DNA of 64,000 bases, taken from NCBI GenBank assembly GCA_965223295.1, contig CBDCWC010000003.1:1216001-1280000 (forward strand), written 5' to 3'. Both the position numbers and the translations under genes were made by a program. Under the pieces are notes generated by a model that saw nothing but the letters and a program-made list of their open reading frames with translations, made no database searches and was not told the DNA's origin. The DNA comes from Nitrospirales bacterium. GTDB taxonomy: Bacteria; Nitrospirota; Nitrospiria; Nitrospirales; UBA8639. Shown piece by piece: positions 50,807 through 61,347 of this stretch (position 1 is the first letter of the stretch; each line of letters opens with the position of its first letter).

Positions 50807-50935
50807 GCAAACAATTCCTCTCTATTCGCGCAAGATATTTAGACTGTGTAATCTTTCAAAAAGAGCAAAAAGGGTTCATTCTCTTGTTGAGCCGTTCGGA
50901 AAGCTTTGAGGAGAGAGAAAAGTATTCCTTCATTA

Positions 50936-51076
50936 GGGCATCCCTAAAAACTGTCCTTTTCCCCGATGGCAGCGTCAGCGTCGTGCTCAAATCCTCATGT
51001 ATTGGCCCATACACTCCGGTTTTCTGCGCGCCGCTTCCTTGCCCTCAGAAAAAATCATCAGTTTTTAGAGGTGCCC
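50936..51076 (-). mobile_element. MITE family B copy 2 (141 bp)
   Basis: TIRs GGGCATCCCTAAAAACT / AGTTTTTAGAGGTGCCC; ATTA on both sides. Confidence 0.9.
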
Positions 51077-51077
51077 A

Positions 51078-51479
51078 TTAATTAATGTGTCGGATTTTAC
51101 GACCTGACGGGGAGCGACTCACCATTTCAATTTGGCCTTGTTCCGAAATCCAAATGTTCAGGATGGAACTCACAATACTAATGATGATTGCACCACCCAC
51201 AGCTGGCCAGAATCCGGACACCAGAAAGCCTTTTACCAGGCCTGAAACCATATAGAGTAAGAAGGCGTTGATAAAGACCATGAAGAGCCCCAAGGTGACC
51301 AAAATAAATGGAGCAGACAACAGGTATAAAATGGGACGAATAATCGCATTTAAAAACGACAGGATGATGACAGCTACCACTCCGGACCCCAGACTCATGA
51401 TTTCAATTCCCGAAACGATTTGGCTTGCCAACAACACCGCGAATCCAGTGATCCCGCATCTGATCAGAAATCCCCTCAT
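51078..51479 (-). CDS. YvlD/DUF360 phage-holin-like 4-TM membrane protein
   Basis: LNAIIRPIL..LS.P....TLGLF...INA, V.GFW.A..GAIIISI. Confidence 0.88.
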   Translation of the reverse strand: MRGFLIRCGITGFAVLLASQIVSGIEIMSLGSGVVAVIILSFLNAIIRPILYLLSAPFILVTLGLFMVFINAFLLYMVSGLVKGFLVSGFWPAVGGAIIISIVSSILNIWISEQGQIEMVSRSPSGRKIRHIN

Positions 51480-51768
51480 GTTCCCATCATACCGAGCTCG
51501 TGGGCATGGGCTCAAGCGATCTCAACACGGAAGCTTGAATCTCAACAGACATTTGGATGGTCGAGGGCTCTAGTTTGGACTACAGAGCCTTTCGTCTTTC
51601 TCACCCATTTTCGCACGGGGGAGTCCAAACACAAGCGCTAGACAGAATCTAGGACTTTGCAGAAATAAAAGAGACAGATAACTCACGCACATGCATATTG
51701 CCAGACAGGAAGATGATTGTTCGTCGTTGTTTGGGCGGAGAGAATCATATAAATCCTAAAAAAACATG

Positions 51769-52755
51769 TCAGGCATATTCATGTTCTCGAAACCACTTGA
51801 TCGCTTTTTCAAGGGCTGTCATCACGGGTGTTTGCGGAAGGCCGAGCTCCTTTTGAGATTTGGAGCAATCATAATGCATACGATACTTCGCCATCCGCAC
51901 CCCTTCCAAGGGAATTCGCGGCGGTGCATGGGTGACGAAATCTGCAATCCATGTGTTAATGTGAGCTAAAGGCATGACCACATTCCAGGGTAACCGAACA
52001 CGTGGTGTGGGGATACCAGTTAATTGACTTAACATCTGACAGACCTCCCGAAGCATCAGGTTCTGATTCCCAAGAATATACCGCTCACCAATTCTGCCCT
52101 GCTCCATGGCTCGAACATGCCCCACCGCTACGTCGTCAACATCGACTAAATTCATCCCTGTATCCATATAGGCCAACATCCGTCCTTTCATAAAATCCAC
52201 AATAATTTTTCCGGTTGGCGTCGGTTTCACATCCCTGGCTCCTACGGGAGCGGTGGGATTGACAATGACTACCGGCAATCCATTTTTGGCCATGTTCAGA
52301 ACTTCTTGCTCTGCCAGAAATTTTGACCGTTTATAGTCTCCAGACAGTTGAGTCTCAGAAGGAAATAATCCTTCATGACCGACTCCCCCATCATTGGGCA
52401 AACCAATTGCTCCAATCGTACTGGTATACACCATACGTTCAACGCCCACTTCTTCGGCTGCACGAAAGAGATGTTTGGTCCCTTCCACGTTTACTTGATA
52501 GAAGATAGAAGGATCTTGAGCCCACAGAGCATAATGGGCCGCCACATGATACAGGCCTTGGCATCCAGTCAGAGCCTTTGTTAACGACGCAGGATCTTGC
52601 AAATCCCCTTCAACGGCTTCGATCGGTAGACCTTCTAAATTATTTCGATTGCTTGTCGCGCGAACGAGTACCCTGACATCATCACCTTTAGCGATGACAG
52701 CACGAGTCACCGCAGCGCCAATGAACCCTGAAGAGCCGGTAATAAGAACTTTCAT
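51769..52755 (-). CDS. hpnA: Hopanoid-associated NAD-dependent epimerase/dehydratase
   Basis: TGSSGFIG, HVAAHYALW, YKRSK, DVKPTPTG. Confidence 0.88.
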   Translation of the reverse strand: MKVLITGSSGFIGAAVTRAVIAKGDDVRVLVRATSNRNNLEGLPIEAVEGDLQDPASLTKALTGCQGLYHVAAHYALWAQDPSIFYQVNVEGTKHLFRAAEEVGVERMVYTSTIGAIGLPNDGGVGHEGLFPSETQLSGDYKRSKFLAEQEVLNMAKNGLPVVIVNPTAPVGARDVKPTPTGKIIVDFMKGRMLAYMDTGMNLVDVDDVAVGHVRAMEQGRIGERYILGNQNLMLREVCQMLSQLTGIPTPRVRLPWNVVMPLAHINTWIADFVTHAPPRIPLEGVRMAKYRMHYDCSKSQKELGLPQTPVMTALEKAIKWFREHEYA

Positions 52756-52848
52756 ATGATGAGCGGATGAGATCTCAGACTAGAGAGCCAGGTTGCCATT
52801 GAACAAATGAATGGCAAAAAACAGAGAAGTTCAGAAGGTGAAATCAGC

Positions 52849-53739
52849 CTAATTTCGTCGCGACATAATATAGGAGGCAATATGTCGTAAGGGGTCAGCT
52901 TGATGATCAAATATTTGGAGTTGGTTGATGGCCCGTTCAACACATTCCTCACCTAGTTTTCGAGCGCCATCAATGCCGAAAAATGAAGGATAGGTTTGTT
53001 TCCCTCGCTTTTCATCAGTCCCGGCATCCTTGCCCAATTCCTCGCGCGTCCCGACCATATTCAGCACATCATCTGCGATTTGAAAAGCCAATCCGATATT
53101 TTCCGCATAGCCAGTCAAAGACGCCAATTGGGTGGAAGACGCTCCCCCGACAATTCCACCAATACGAACAGCGGCTCGAATCAATTGTCCTGTTTTATGG
53201 GAATGAATTTTTTGTAGGTGTTTAAGATCCACCTCTTGATTTTCAGCTTGAATATCCATCACCTGTCCGCCCACCATCCCTTGATGTCCTGAGCCATAGG
53301 CCAATTCTCGAACAATCTCGAGTTGTTGGCTCGGCGTGAAACCATTGGTGTCTTTATTTTGGCTGCACAGTTCAAACGCCATGGTGAGTAAGCCATCCCC
53401 TGCCAAAATCGCCATCCCATCTCCGTACACTTTATGATTCGTCAGGCGACCTCGTCGATAGTCATCATTATCCATGGCAGGCAAATCATCATGAATCAGA
53501 GAATAGGTGTGGACAAATTCCAAGGATGCCGCAAATGGCAGTACGGCATCGTGGTGATACCCCAGAGCTTGGGCTGCCGCGATGGTCAATATAGGACGAA
53601 CCCGTTTACCTCCGGCCAAGAGGCTATACCGCATGGATTCGTAAAGTTGTTGGGGGTCACACAATGTCTCGGGGAGGCTCTGCTCCAAGAAACGGTCTAC
53701 CCGCTCACGTTGTTGTTCTAAATACTGATGAATGTCCAC
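52849..53739 (-). CDS. ispA: Farnesyl/geranylgeranyl diphosphate synthase
   Basis: GGKRVRP, HDDLPAMDNDDYRRG, KTG, FQIADD. Confidence 0.93.
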   Translation of the reverse strand: MDIHQYLEQQRERVDRFLEQSLPETLCDPQQLYESMRYSLLAGGKRVRPILTIAAAQALGYHHDAVLPFAASLEFVHTYSLIHDDLPAMDNDDYRRGRLTNHKVYGDGMAILAGDGLLTMAFELCSQNKDTNGFTPSQQLEIVRELAYGSGHQGMVGGQVMDIQAENQEVDLKHLQKIHSHKTGQLIRAAVRIGGIVGGASSTQLASLTGYAENIGLAFQIADDVLNMVGTREELGKDAGTDEKRGKQTYPSFFGIDGARKLGEECVERAINQLQIFDHQADPLRHIASYIMSRRN

Positions 53740-53911
53740 AGAAGAGTGAAAAGAGATGAAAAAAGGCTAGGAAATCGTTGAAGACCCTATCAAAAGAATT
53801 TTTTGTGGTCAAACAGTGAGAGTGATCAATGGTGAAGCGGAAAATGAAAGACAACATGAAGAGAGCAGTACAATTGTCAGACTATCGTCCCTTCATACTA
53901 TCTGTTACATA

Positions 53912-53942
53912 GTCATTCCCGCCGGTAGTCAGCGGGAATCCA
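53912..53942. repeat. Short REP/RPE-like palindrome
   Basis: GTCATTCCCGC-N9-GCGGGAATCCA. Confidence 0.55.
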
Positions 53943-54124
53943 TCTTGATTCTCCAAGATGAAGCACATTTCGTCAGGACAATGCTCCAATGTTGCCGGGC
54001 CGAGAACTGGCATTGCCAAAAACTACAGTGTTACGAAGGGTCAAGCGAAAAACTCTTTGAACAAATCCGTTACCAGCACTACTTATTTGTTTTCAACAAC
54101 CCCATCTCAGTATACTGTCCCTCT

Positions 54125-54412
54125 ATGAGCATTCGAAACCAAGCAGGAGAATGGGAGCCGTTGCTCCTTGGAATAGAACCTGAGTCTTGTGGAGTCTGCG
54201 GGAAAGGTCTCTATCGAAACTTTACGATGTTGCGGGGAGGATGGTCTCGATGCAGTCTGTGTGAACGCTTTGTGCATTACAGTTGTCTAGCCAGCGGAAA
54301 AATTTCGTATCTCAAACGTCGCCCGCGAGTTTGCCAAGACTGTGACTCGACCGTGCCAACTTCTGCTTCCGGCAATCCTACCTCAGTCGCGGCATCTGAA
54401 AACCAATCATGA
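54125..54412 (+). CDS. Small C4HC3 (PHD-finger-like) zinc-binding protein
   Basis: C-x2-C-x17-C-x2-C-x4-H-x2-C-x15-C-x2-C; TATACT 8 nt upstream of ATG. Confidence 0.72.
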   Translation: MSIRNQAGEWEPLLLGIEPESCGVCGKGLYRNFTMLRGGWSRCSLCERFVHYSCLASGKISYLKRRPRVCQDCDSTVPTSASGNPTSVAASENQS

Positions 54413-54741
54413 ACAATTCTGAATTGTCTGTCCCACAACCCATGGGATCAAACAAATTTTCCACCCTTTTTCTCTACTACATACTCTCGCCCCTACTCTG
54501 TGCCTTTAGTGGGTTTCACCTGACCAGTTATCTGCTGGTTGGGTTGTACACGTGGCCTCGGACGAGTCGAACGATTGTGCTCACCATAGGCACGATCATT
54601 TTTGTCTATGAATTTATCTATAAGAGCCAGCTTCCAAAATTTGCATCGGGTAAATGTTGGTCTCAAGGCAAATGTGTTCTCTATACCTCAGTGATTCCTT
54701 TTCTGTGTGGGATCGCTTTATTCTTCGTGGCATTGGCCTAA
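54409..54741 (+). CDS. Small multi-TM membrane protein
   Basis: ATGA overlap with the preceding gene; hydrophobic segments. Confidence 0.68.
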   Translation: MNNSELSVPQPMGSNKFSTLFLYYILSPLLCAFSGFHLTSYLLVGLYTWPRTSRTIVLTIGTIIFVYEFIYKSQLPKFASGKCWSQGKCVLYTSVIPFLCGIALFFVALA

Positions 54742-54814
54742 GTGCAGACTAGACACTGCTGCTTTCAGGGAGAAGCAGTTATCCCTTTATTATTTTTGCA
54801 GGGAGGACACGTAG

Positions 54815-54994
54815 ATGAAAAACGTGGAATTAACTGTTGATGGGACGATCTTGACGATTAAGGTCGATCTCACCAAGGATTTTGGTCCTTCCTCATCGGG
54901 GAAAACCACCATAATTGCTTCGACAGAGGGAAATGTTTCCATTCCCAACCGGGAAGAAAAAATTGGACTGAATATTTACAAGAAAAAATCCTAG
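54815..54994 (+). CDS. Small hypothetical protein (59 aa, absent from the ORF track)
   Basis: [40 protein letters not shown]...; GGGAGG RBS. Confidence 0.85.
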   Translation: MKNVELTVDGTILTIKVDLTKDFGPSSSGKTTIIASTEGNVSIPNREEKIGLNIYKKKS

Positions 54995-57510
54995 GCCCCT
55001 TGGTGAGATTGACATTCCTCCGATAATACTTGCCCCGTCCTTGAGTCCTTGACTCCCATCACAGTTTCAGGAGTTCCTTCGGCCACAATTTTTCCGCCTT
55101 GGTCTCCACCCTCGGGTCCCAAATCAATAAGCCAATCAGCATTCCGTATCACGTCAGTATTGTGTTCTATGACCAAGACGGTATTGCCAGCCTCTACCAA
55201 TCGGTCCAGTACATCGAGTAGTCGCTGAATGTCCACAAAATGTAGGCCCGTGGTGGGTTCATCTAGGATATAGAGTGTTCGTCCAGTCGGGCGTTTGGAC
55301 AACTCTTTGGAAAGTTTAATACGCTGCGCTTCACCGCCTGATAAGGTCGTGGCTGATTGCCCGAGCTTGATATAATGAAGCCCAACGTCAGAAAGAGTTT
55401 GCAGTCGGGCCCGAATAGGGGGAATATTGATAAAAAATTCTAACGCTTCAGCGACGGTCATATTCAACACTTCGGCAATGGTTTGCCCTTTGTACCTCAC
55501 ATCTAAGGTTTCCCGGTTATATCGATGCCCCGCACAGGCTTCGCAGGTCACATAAATATCCGGCAGGAAATGCATTTCAATTTTGATTAATCCGTCACCC
55601 TGACATGCTTCGCATCGTCCGCCTTTGACATTAAAGCTGTACCGCCCCGGTTTATAGCCCCTGACGCGCGACTCTGGTAACTGAGCAAACACGTCACGAA
55701 TAAAACTAAAGAGCCCGGTGTAGGTGGCAGGATTTGAACGCGGGGTTCGTCCGATTGGTGATTGATCAATATCAATGAGTTTATCGATGTGTTGAAGCCC
55801 CTTTATGGTTCGGCATCCTTCAAAGACCGGTTTTTTTTGTGCAAACCCTTTTCCTAACGATCGAAACAACACATCGATCACGAGAGTACTTTTTCCTGAC
55901 CCCGATACACCTGTGACACATGTCAGCACTCCTAATGGGATACTGACGGTGACATTTTGCAGATTGTGTTTATTGGCTCCAATCACCGACAACACAGCTC
56001 TTGCCTGTCGTGCACGTTGAGGAAGAGAAATGCAACGAGTCCCATTTAGATATTGGCCTGTCAGTGATTCTCGATGGGCCATAATGACCGAGGGAGGACC
56101 ATGAGCCACGAGCTCTCCACCTTCCACTCCAGCCCCTGGCCCCAGGTCCAGCACATAGTCAGCGGCTCTCATTGTCTCAGCATCATGCTCGACCACCACG
56201 ATGGTATTGCCCATGTCTCGTAACCGGAGAAGGGTCTGCAACAACCGCTGATGATCACGTTGGTGTAACCCAATACTTGGTTCATCTAAAATGTAGAGTA
56301 CGCCGACAAGTCCCGACCCGATTTGTGTGGCCAATCGGATCCGTTGGCCTTCCCCGCCGGAAAGTGTGGCGGAGGGACGATTTAATGTCAGGTAGCTCAA
56401 CCCCACATTGTCCAAAAATTCCAGTCGCTCCCGAATTTCCTTCAGCACACGCTGGCCAATTAACTGTTCCCGTTCAGTGAGCGTCAGGCCAATAAGAAAA
56501 TCCAAAATCTTTCTGACAGACAACTGAGTAATGTCTGCTATTGACTGCCCGCCAATTTTTATGGATAAACTTTCTTGTTTGAGTCGCCCCCCTCTGCACA
56601 GATCACAGGGGGTTTCAAACGTCCACTCTTCTTTGTCAGGATATCCCGCCGCTTCATATCCGATGCCATCGCAGGCAGGGCATGCTCCATGTGGACTGTT
56701 AAAAGAAAACACCCTGGGTGTAATTTCTGAATAGCTGACTCCACATTGAATACAGGCGAGTTGTTCGCTATACAGGCGCACCTGTTCATCTTCCGTCAGC
56801 ACACCCACCAGCCCTTGGGTCATCTTGAGCGTCGTTTCCACGGATTCGGCTAACCGCCTTGCTACTCCGGTCTCGGCTTTGACGATGAGACGGTCGATGA
56901 TAATCTCGATGGTATGTTTTCGCTGCTTATGAAGACTGATCGATTCGCTGAGATCACGAAGAACTCCATCAATACGAGCTCGGATAAATCCAGCTTTTCG
57001 TGCTGCCAGTAATTCTTTTCGATATTCACCTTTTCGTCCACGGACAATAGGGGCAAGAATTTGGATCTTGGATCCCTGTGGAAGTCCAAGAATCGCATCC
57101 ACGATTTGTTGAACCGTTTGAGCCGAAATAGGGTTGCCGCATGCATAACAAAAAGGGTGTCCAATTCTGGCAAATAGCAATCGAAAGTAATCATAAACTT
57201 CGGTCACAGTTCCGACAGTTGAACGAGGATTGTGGCTGGTTGTTTTTTGTTCAATAGAAATGGCTGGAGAAAGTCCTTCAATGGCGTCGACATCCGGTTT
57301 CGTCATTTGTTCAAGAAACTGCCGGGCATAGGCCGACAGCGATTCCACGTATCGTCGCTGCCCTTCGGCGTAAATGGTGTCGAAGGCTAAAGAAGATTTG
57401 CCCGACCCACTTAATCCCGTAATAACGATGAGTTGATCGCGGGGAATAACGAGATCTAAATTTTTAAGGTTGTGCTGGCGTGCGCCCTTAATGACAATAG
57501 CATTCTGCAT
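54991..57510 (-). CDS. uvrA: Excinuclease ABC subunit A
   Basis: [23 protein letters not shown], two LSGGE signatures, zinc fingers. Confidence 0.97.
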   Translation of the reverse strand: MQNAIVIKGARQHNLKNLDLVIPRDQLIVITGLSGSGKSSLAFDTIYAEGQRRYVESLSAYARQFLEQMTKPDVDAIEGLSPAISIEQKTTSHNPRSTVGTVTEVYDYFRLLFARIGHPFCYACGNPISAQTVQQIVDAILGLPQGSKIQILAPIVRGRKGEYRKELLAARKAGFIRARIDGVLRDLSESISLHKQRKHTIEIIIDRLIVKAETGVARRLAESVETTLKMTQGLVGVLTEDEQVRLYSEQLACIQCGVSYSEITPRVFSFNSPHGACPACDGIGYEAAGYPDKEEWTFETPCDLCRGGRLKQESLSIKIGGQSIADITQLSVRKILDFLIGLTLTEREQLIGQRVLKEIRERLEFLDNVGLSYLTLNRPSATLSGGEGQRIRLATQIGSGLVGVLYILDEPSIGLHQRDHQRLLQTLLRLRDMGNTIVVVEHDAETMRAADYVLDLGPGAGVEGGELVAHGPPSVIMAHRESLTGQYLNGTRCISLPQRARQARAVLSVIGANKHNLQNVTVSIPLGVLTCVTGVSGSGKSTLVIDVLFRSLGKGFAQKKPVFEGCRTIKGLQHIDKLIDIDQSPIGRTPRSNPATYTGLFSFIRDVFAQLPESRVRGYKPGRYSFNVKGGRCEACQGDGLIKIEMHFLPDIYVTCEACAGHRYNRETLDVRYKGQTIAEVLNMTVAEALEFFINIPPIRARLQTLSDVGLHYIKLGQSATTLSGGEAQRIKLSKELSKRPTGRTLYILDEPTTGLHFVDIQRLLDVLDRLVEAGNTVLVIEHNTDVIRNADWLIDLGPEGGDQGGKIVAEGTPETVMGVKDSRTGQVLSEECQSHQGA

Positions 57511-57693
57511 GGACGGCGATTATATCATAAGAGATATCAGGGCCCAGGCCCTGGGGAACAAATCAGAATTGACCCTCCAATGAAGGGTCGGATACAATCT
57601 TTTTGTATCGTTATTTCAAAAAATAAATAAAAAATTCTTTCACTATCATTTCATCCCCCCTATTTTATCTCCCTTTATATCAAGAGGAATTTC

Positions 57694-58251
57694 ATGAAGA
57701 ATGTTAAACGCATTTGTCTGTGGTCAGGGGTGATCCTTGCGTTGTCTCTCCTGGTAGATGGTCCGTCTCTCTGGGCTGCAAAATATGAATTGACTCGAAA
57801 TAGTATCGAAAACGTCAAGGATGTGGATGCCAAGGATATATCCCTGTATCGTGTCAAGTTAGGGGATCCGGAAATACAAGCCGTGGAGTCATTGGTTGAA
57901 CAACGGTTGCCAGGGGTACGAGCTGAGCAAGAAGGGACCTTTATTTTGTTGTGGGATAAAGAAAATCCCACTGGTGCTATGGCTGGAGTTCGCATTATAG
58001 ATGGCAAAGTGGATCTGATTTTCATTAATAATCGATTTGGCCATAAGGTTCGCGGCATCTTTCGACATGTTTTGGGAGCTTCAACTTTGAAGGAAATACG
58101 TGATCTTTTGGGTCCCGAAGATTTTCCAAACGAAACCCTGATGGGGGCCAAACTTTTATATGAGCAAAAGGGATTTCTTGTGAATTTTCTCGATCGACAG
58201 GTAAATGTTGAATTTTGTTTGGGTTGCCAAGATCTCTTTTCGGGATTCTAG
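57694..58251 (+). CDS. Hypothetical exported protein
   Basis: Signal peptide, GAGG RBS, TTGACC-18-TACAAT upstream. Confidence 0.72.
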   Translation: MKNVKRICLWSGVILALSLLVDGPSLWAAKYELTRNSIENVKDVDAKDISLYRVKLGDPEIQAVESLVEQRLPGVRAEQEGTFILLWDKENPTGAMAGVRIIDGKVDLIFINNRFGHKVRGIFRHVLGASTLKEIRDLLGPEDFPNETLMGAKLLYEQKGFLVNFLDRQVNVEFCLGCQDLFSGF

Positions 58252-58390
58252 GTTCCAACGCCAAGTTCTCGATCTCATTTCGGTAGCATTTCTCTTTCGT
58301 GGTTCTTCTCTCCAACAAGGGGAGGGCTCCCTTTGTTCTCGCCTATATCGTTGACCATTTCTGCGAGTATTTCTTAAAGACCATCGGTCC

Positions 58391-59404
58391 ATGGAAGATC
58401 GCATACTCTCCACTCATAGTCTCGAAGAAGAACAGAGCCTTGAAGGAACGCTTCGCCCACAGCAGTTGGCCGAGTATATTGGTCAGGCACGTATGAAGGA
58501 ATCACTTCGTGTCTGCATTGATGCTGCACTTGGACGTGGTGAAGCATTAGACCACGCTATTTTTTATGGTCCACCAGGATTAGGGAAAACCACGATTGCT
58601 CATATTATTGCCAAAGAAATGGGCGGGACCATCCGGTCGACTTCGGGTTTGGTTTTGACTCATGCAGGAGATCTTGCTGCGATATTGTCGAACCTTCAAC
58701 CACGAGATGTCTTATTCATTGATGAAATTCATCGCTTGCCTCCTGCTGCTGAGGAAGCTCTCTATCCTGCGATGGAGGATTATCAAATTGATTTAGTCAT
58801 TGGGCAAGGTCCTTCCCTGCGCACCATGAAGCTAGACCTCCCCTCATTTACTCTCATTGGAGCTACGACTCGTGCTGGTGCGCTCACCTCTCCTCTTCGA
58901 GAACGCTTTGGATTAGTCTATCGCTTAGATTTTTACCAACCGGAAGAATTACAAGTGATCATTGCTCGATCGGCAGGTTTATTGAATGTGCAGATCGACG
59001 ATGAGGCCGCCGGCGAAATTGCGAGAAGGGCTCGTGGCACCCCCCGTATTGCCAATCGTCTCATCAAACGGGTTCGGGATTTTGCGGAAGTGAAAGCGCA
59101 AGGGCACATCACCAAATCTGTAGCACAAGAAGCCTTACAATGGTTGGGAGTGGATCAAGCAGGATTTGACGAAATGGATCGAAAAATTTTATTAACTATC
59201 ATCGAAAAATTTAAAGGTGGTCCAGTGGGCATCGAGGCTTTGGCGGCTTCCGTCCAGGAAGAAAAGTCTACGTTAGAAGATGTGCATGAACCTTATCTTC
59301 TTCAGGCAGGATATCTTGACCGGACAGCCCGGGGACGTCAAATTACTCAAAAAGCCTTACAACATTTCGGGAAAAGCTCTGACCTGTTTCCCATCCATCT
59401 CTAA
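58391..59404 (+). CDS. ruvB: Holliday junction branch migration ATPase RuvB
   Basis: [41 protein letters not shown]. Confidence 0.98.
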   Translation: MEDRILSTHSLEEEQSLEGTLRPQQLAEYIGQARMKESLRVCIDAALGRGEALDHAIFYGPPGLGKTTIAHIIAKEMGGTIRSTSGLVLTHAGDLAAILSNLQPRDVLFIDEIHRLPPAAEEALYPAMEDYQIDLVIGQGPSLRTMKLDLPSFTLIGATTRAGALTSPLRERFGLVYRLDFYQPEELQVIIARSAGLLNVQIDDEAAGEIARRARGTPRIANRLIKRVRDFAEVKAQGHITKSVAQEALQWLGVDQAGFDEMDRKILLTIIEKFKGGPVGIEALAASVQEEKSTLEDVHEPYLLQAGYLDRTARGRQITQKALQHFGKSSDLFPIHL

Positions 59405-59539
59405 AAGATTTTCGTTTCTCTGAGAACTCTTGCCTTCTCTCTTCCTTCACGAGACGTTTCCCCTCCATTTGGCCTATTGAGGCAGTAAGAATTTCCAGTA
59501 TACAGTAGAAATGTTCTCAAACATTCCATTCAGTTAAAG

Positions 59540-60022
59540 TTGCTCATGAACCGTTCTCTCCTCAACCACAATTCTTCAAGATATCTTAAACGTGAAAGTT
59601 TATTGCTATGGAGATTTTCTTGCCAGATGACCTTGATGATACTTCTAGGTTTCCTGTTCTTCATCCAACCAGTTCATGCTGCCGAATCATCTATGAGTAT
59701 TGTGGACACATGGGTGGAAGATGGATACCTGTTTCATGTGGTGTTTGAAGGGCAACCTGCGAATGCTAGTTGTGAGTTAGAAGGGGAAGGCCTTATCGAA
59801 TTTGAAGTCGCATTCGATGCGCAGACTACCAGTGGATTCAACTCGGTCTTTGGAGTTGCGGTCTGGTATCCAACTTCACATTCGTATAGTGTCATTGAAA
59901 CAGCTGGTAAAGCTATCGGCCCGCAAGCCTTGTGTACGGAATTTTCTCCCTGTCATATTCAAGAAGTTAATATTGTCAAAACGTGGTGTCCAGTCACAGA
60001 TGGTCCGTTGTTTTCCCAATAA
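59540..60022 (+). CDS. Hypothetical exported protein (start uncertain)
   Basis: Signal-like segment ending VHA-AE; four Cys in the mature part. Confidence 0.6.
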   Translation: MLMNRSLLNHNSSRYLKRESLLLWRFSCQMTLMILLGFLFFIQPVHAAESSMSIVDTWVEDGYLFHVVFEGQPANASCELEGEGLIEFEVAFDAQTTSGFNSVFGVAVWYPTSHSYSVIETAGKAIGPQALCTEFSPCHIQEVNIVKTWCPVTDGPLFSQ

Positions 60023-60060
60023 TATCGTGTTCGTCAAATAGGACTCTAAGTATCTGCACT

Positions 60061-61233
60061 TCACCCTACCTTTTCTCGCTTCAACGTTTGTAACCGTTCA
60101 CAGGCCACATCTAAAGCTTCATCTGTTTTAGCAAAACTGAAACGAATATAGGAGGCCCCCTTCTCTCCTTCAAAAAAGGCTTCCCCTGGGACCCCGGCCA
60201 CCCCCGTCTTTTCTAAGATAAACATGGCCCGTTCTTTGCCGGTTCGACCTGGTACATGACTCACATCGGCTAACACATAATACGCCCCTTGAGGAATTGA
60301 AGGAGCCAGGCCGACATTTTGTAAGACTGCACAAAACAGGTCACGTTTATGCTGAAACGATTGTTGTAATTGATCATAAAATTCAGACTTTAATGTCCGA
60401 ATGCCCAGAGCCACGCCATATTGCAGGGGCGCTGGCGCACAGACATAGACCAGATCATTCATGGCCCCGATCATCGCGGTCCACCTTGGAGCGGCAACAG
60501 CATGACCAATCCTCCAACCTGTAATGCTAAAAGTTTTCGAATATCCAGAAATGGTAATAGTTCGGTCAGCCAAAGCAGGTAGAGCAGCCATACTCATATG
60601 CGATCTATTCTCATAGACAAAATATTCATAGATCTCATCGGTAAAGATAAACAGATCATGATGTTTGGCGATATCCCCAATGGCTTGAAGTTCCTCAAGG
60701 GAAAATATTTTTCCTGATGGATTGGCTGGTGTATTCACGACAATGACTTTGGTGCGGGGAGTGATGGCTTGTTCTAGGTCGTCTATTGACAGACTCCAAT
60801 CTCCCCCTTTCAATGAGACGACCTTGGGAACGGCGTCAACTGCGAGGATTGTACTGACATGATAGCCATAATAGGGTTCGAACAGAACGACTTCATCTCC
60901 TGGTTGGAGCAGTGCCATACAGACACAATGAAACGCTCCGGTAGCTCCTGCACTCACAGTGATGTCGGTTTCGGGATTGGCCGTGATGTGATTGAATGTT
61001 TTTAGGCGTTGAGCCAGTGCCTGCCGCAGTTCGGCGAGCCCATCAAAACGGGTATAGGTATTGAAGCCCCGATCCATTGCCTGTTTCGCGGCTTCAAGCA
61101 CCGGCGAAGGAACTCCAGTGTCGCACACGCCTTGAGCCATGTTGATTCCCTGCTGTTGAGTGCATGCCAATGTCATAGCTCGAATCTCAGATTGCACGAG
61201 TCCAGCTAATCGCTGATTTTCATGACGCGTCAT
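60061..61233 (-). CDS. PLP-dependent class I/II aminotransferase
   Basis: NTPANPSG, DEIY, SGYSKTFSITGWRIG. Confidence 0.95.
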   Translation of the reverse strand: MTRHENQRLAGLVQSEIRAMTLACTQQQGINMAQGVCDTGVPSPVLEAAKQAMDRGFNTYTRFDGLAELRQALAQRLKTFNHITANPETDITVSAGATGAFHCVCMALLQPGDEVVLFEPYYGYHVSTILAVDAVPKVVSLKGGDWSLSIDDLEQAITPRTKVIVVNTPANPSGKIFSLEELQAIGDIAKHHDLFIFTDEIYEYFVYENRSHMSMAALPALADRTITISGYSKTFSITGWRIGHAVAAPRWTAMIGAMNDLVYVCAPAPLQYGVALGIRTLKSEFYDQLQQSFQHKRDLFCAVLQNVGLAPSIPQGAYYVLADVSHVPGRTGKERAMFILEKTGVAGVPGEAFFEGEKGASYIRFSFAKTDEALDVACERLQTLKREKVG

Positions 61234-61347
61234 TTTCCTACCCTCTGTTGTCTTTCCTTGCTGCGAAAAGTTCTGTTGCCGTACACTGAACTATTACTAA
61301 TATAACGTTCATCCTATCGTTAATCCTCACAAGAAGGCGAGACAATC

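Noticed and set aside
51078-51479. Prophage suggested by the holin-like gene
   Set aside because: YvlD-like proteins are common chromosomal genes and there are no phage neighbours
54050-54103. Possible relic family A ends (TTTGAACAAATCC, TTTTCAACAACCCC)
   Set aside because: Too short, wrong spacing and no core sequence
53816-54124. N-terminal extension of the PHD-like ORF
   Set aside because: It runs through a REP-like palindrome and promoter-like sequence; ATG 54125 fits better
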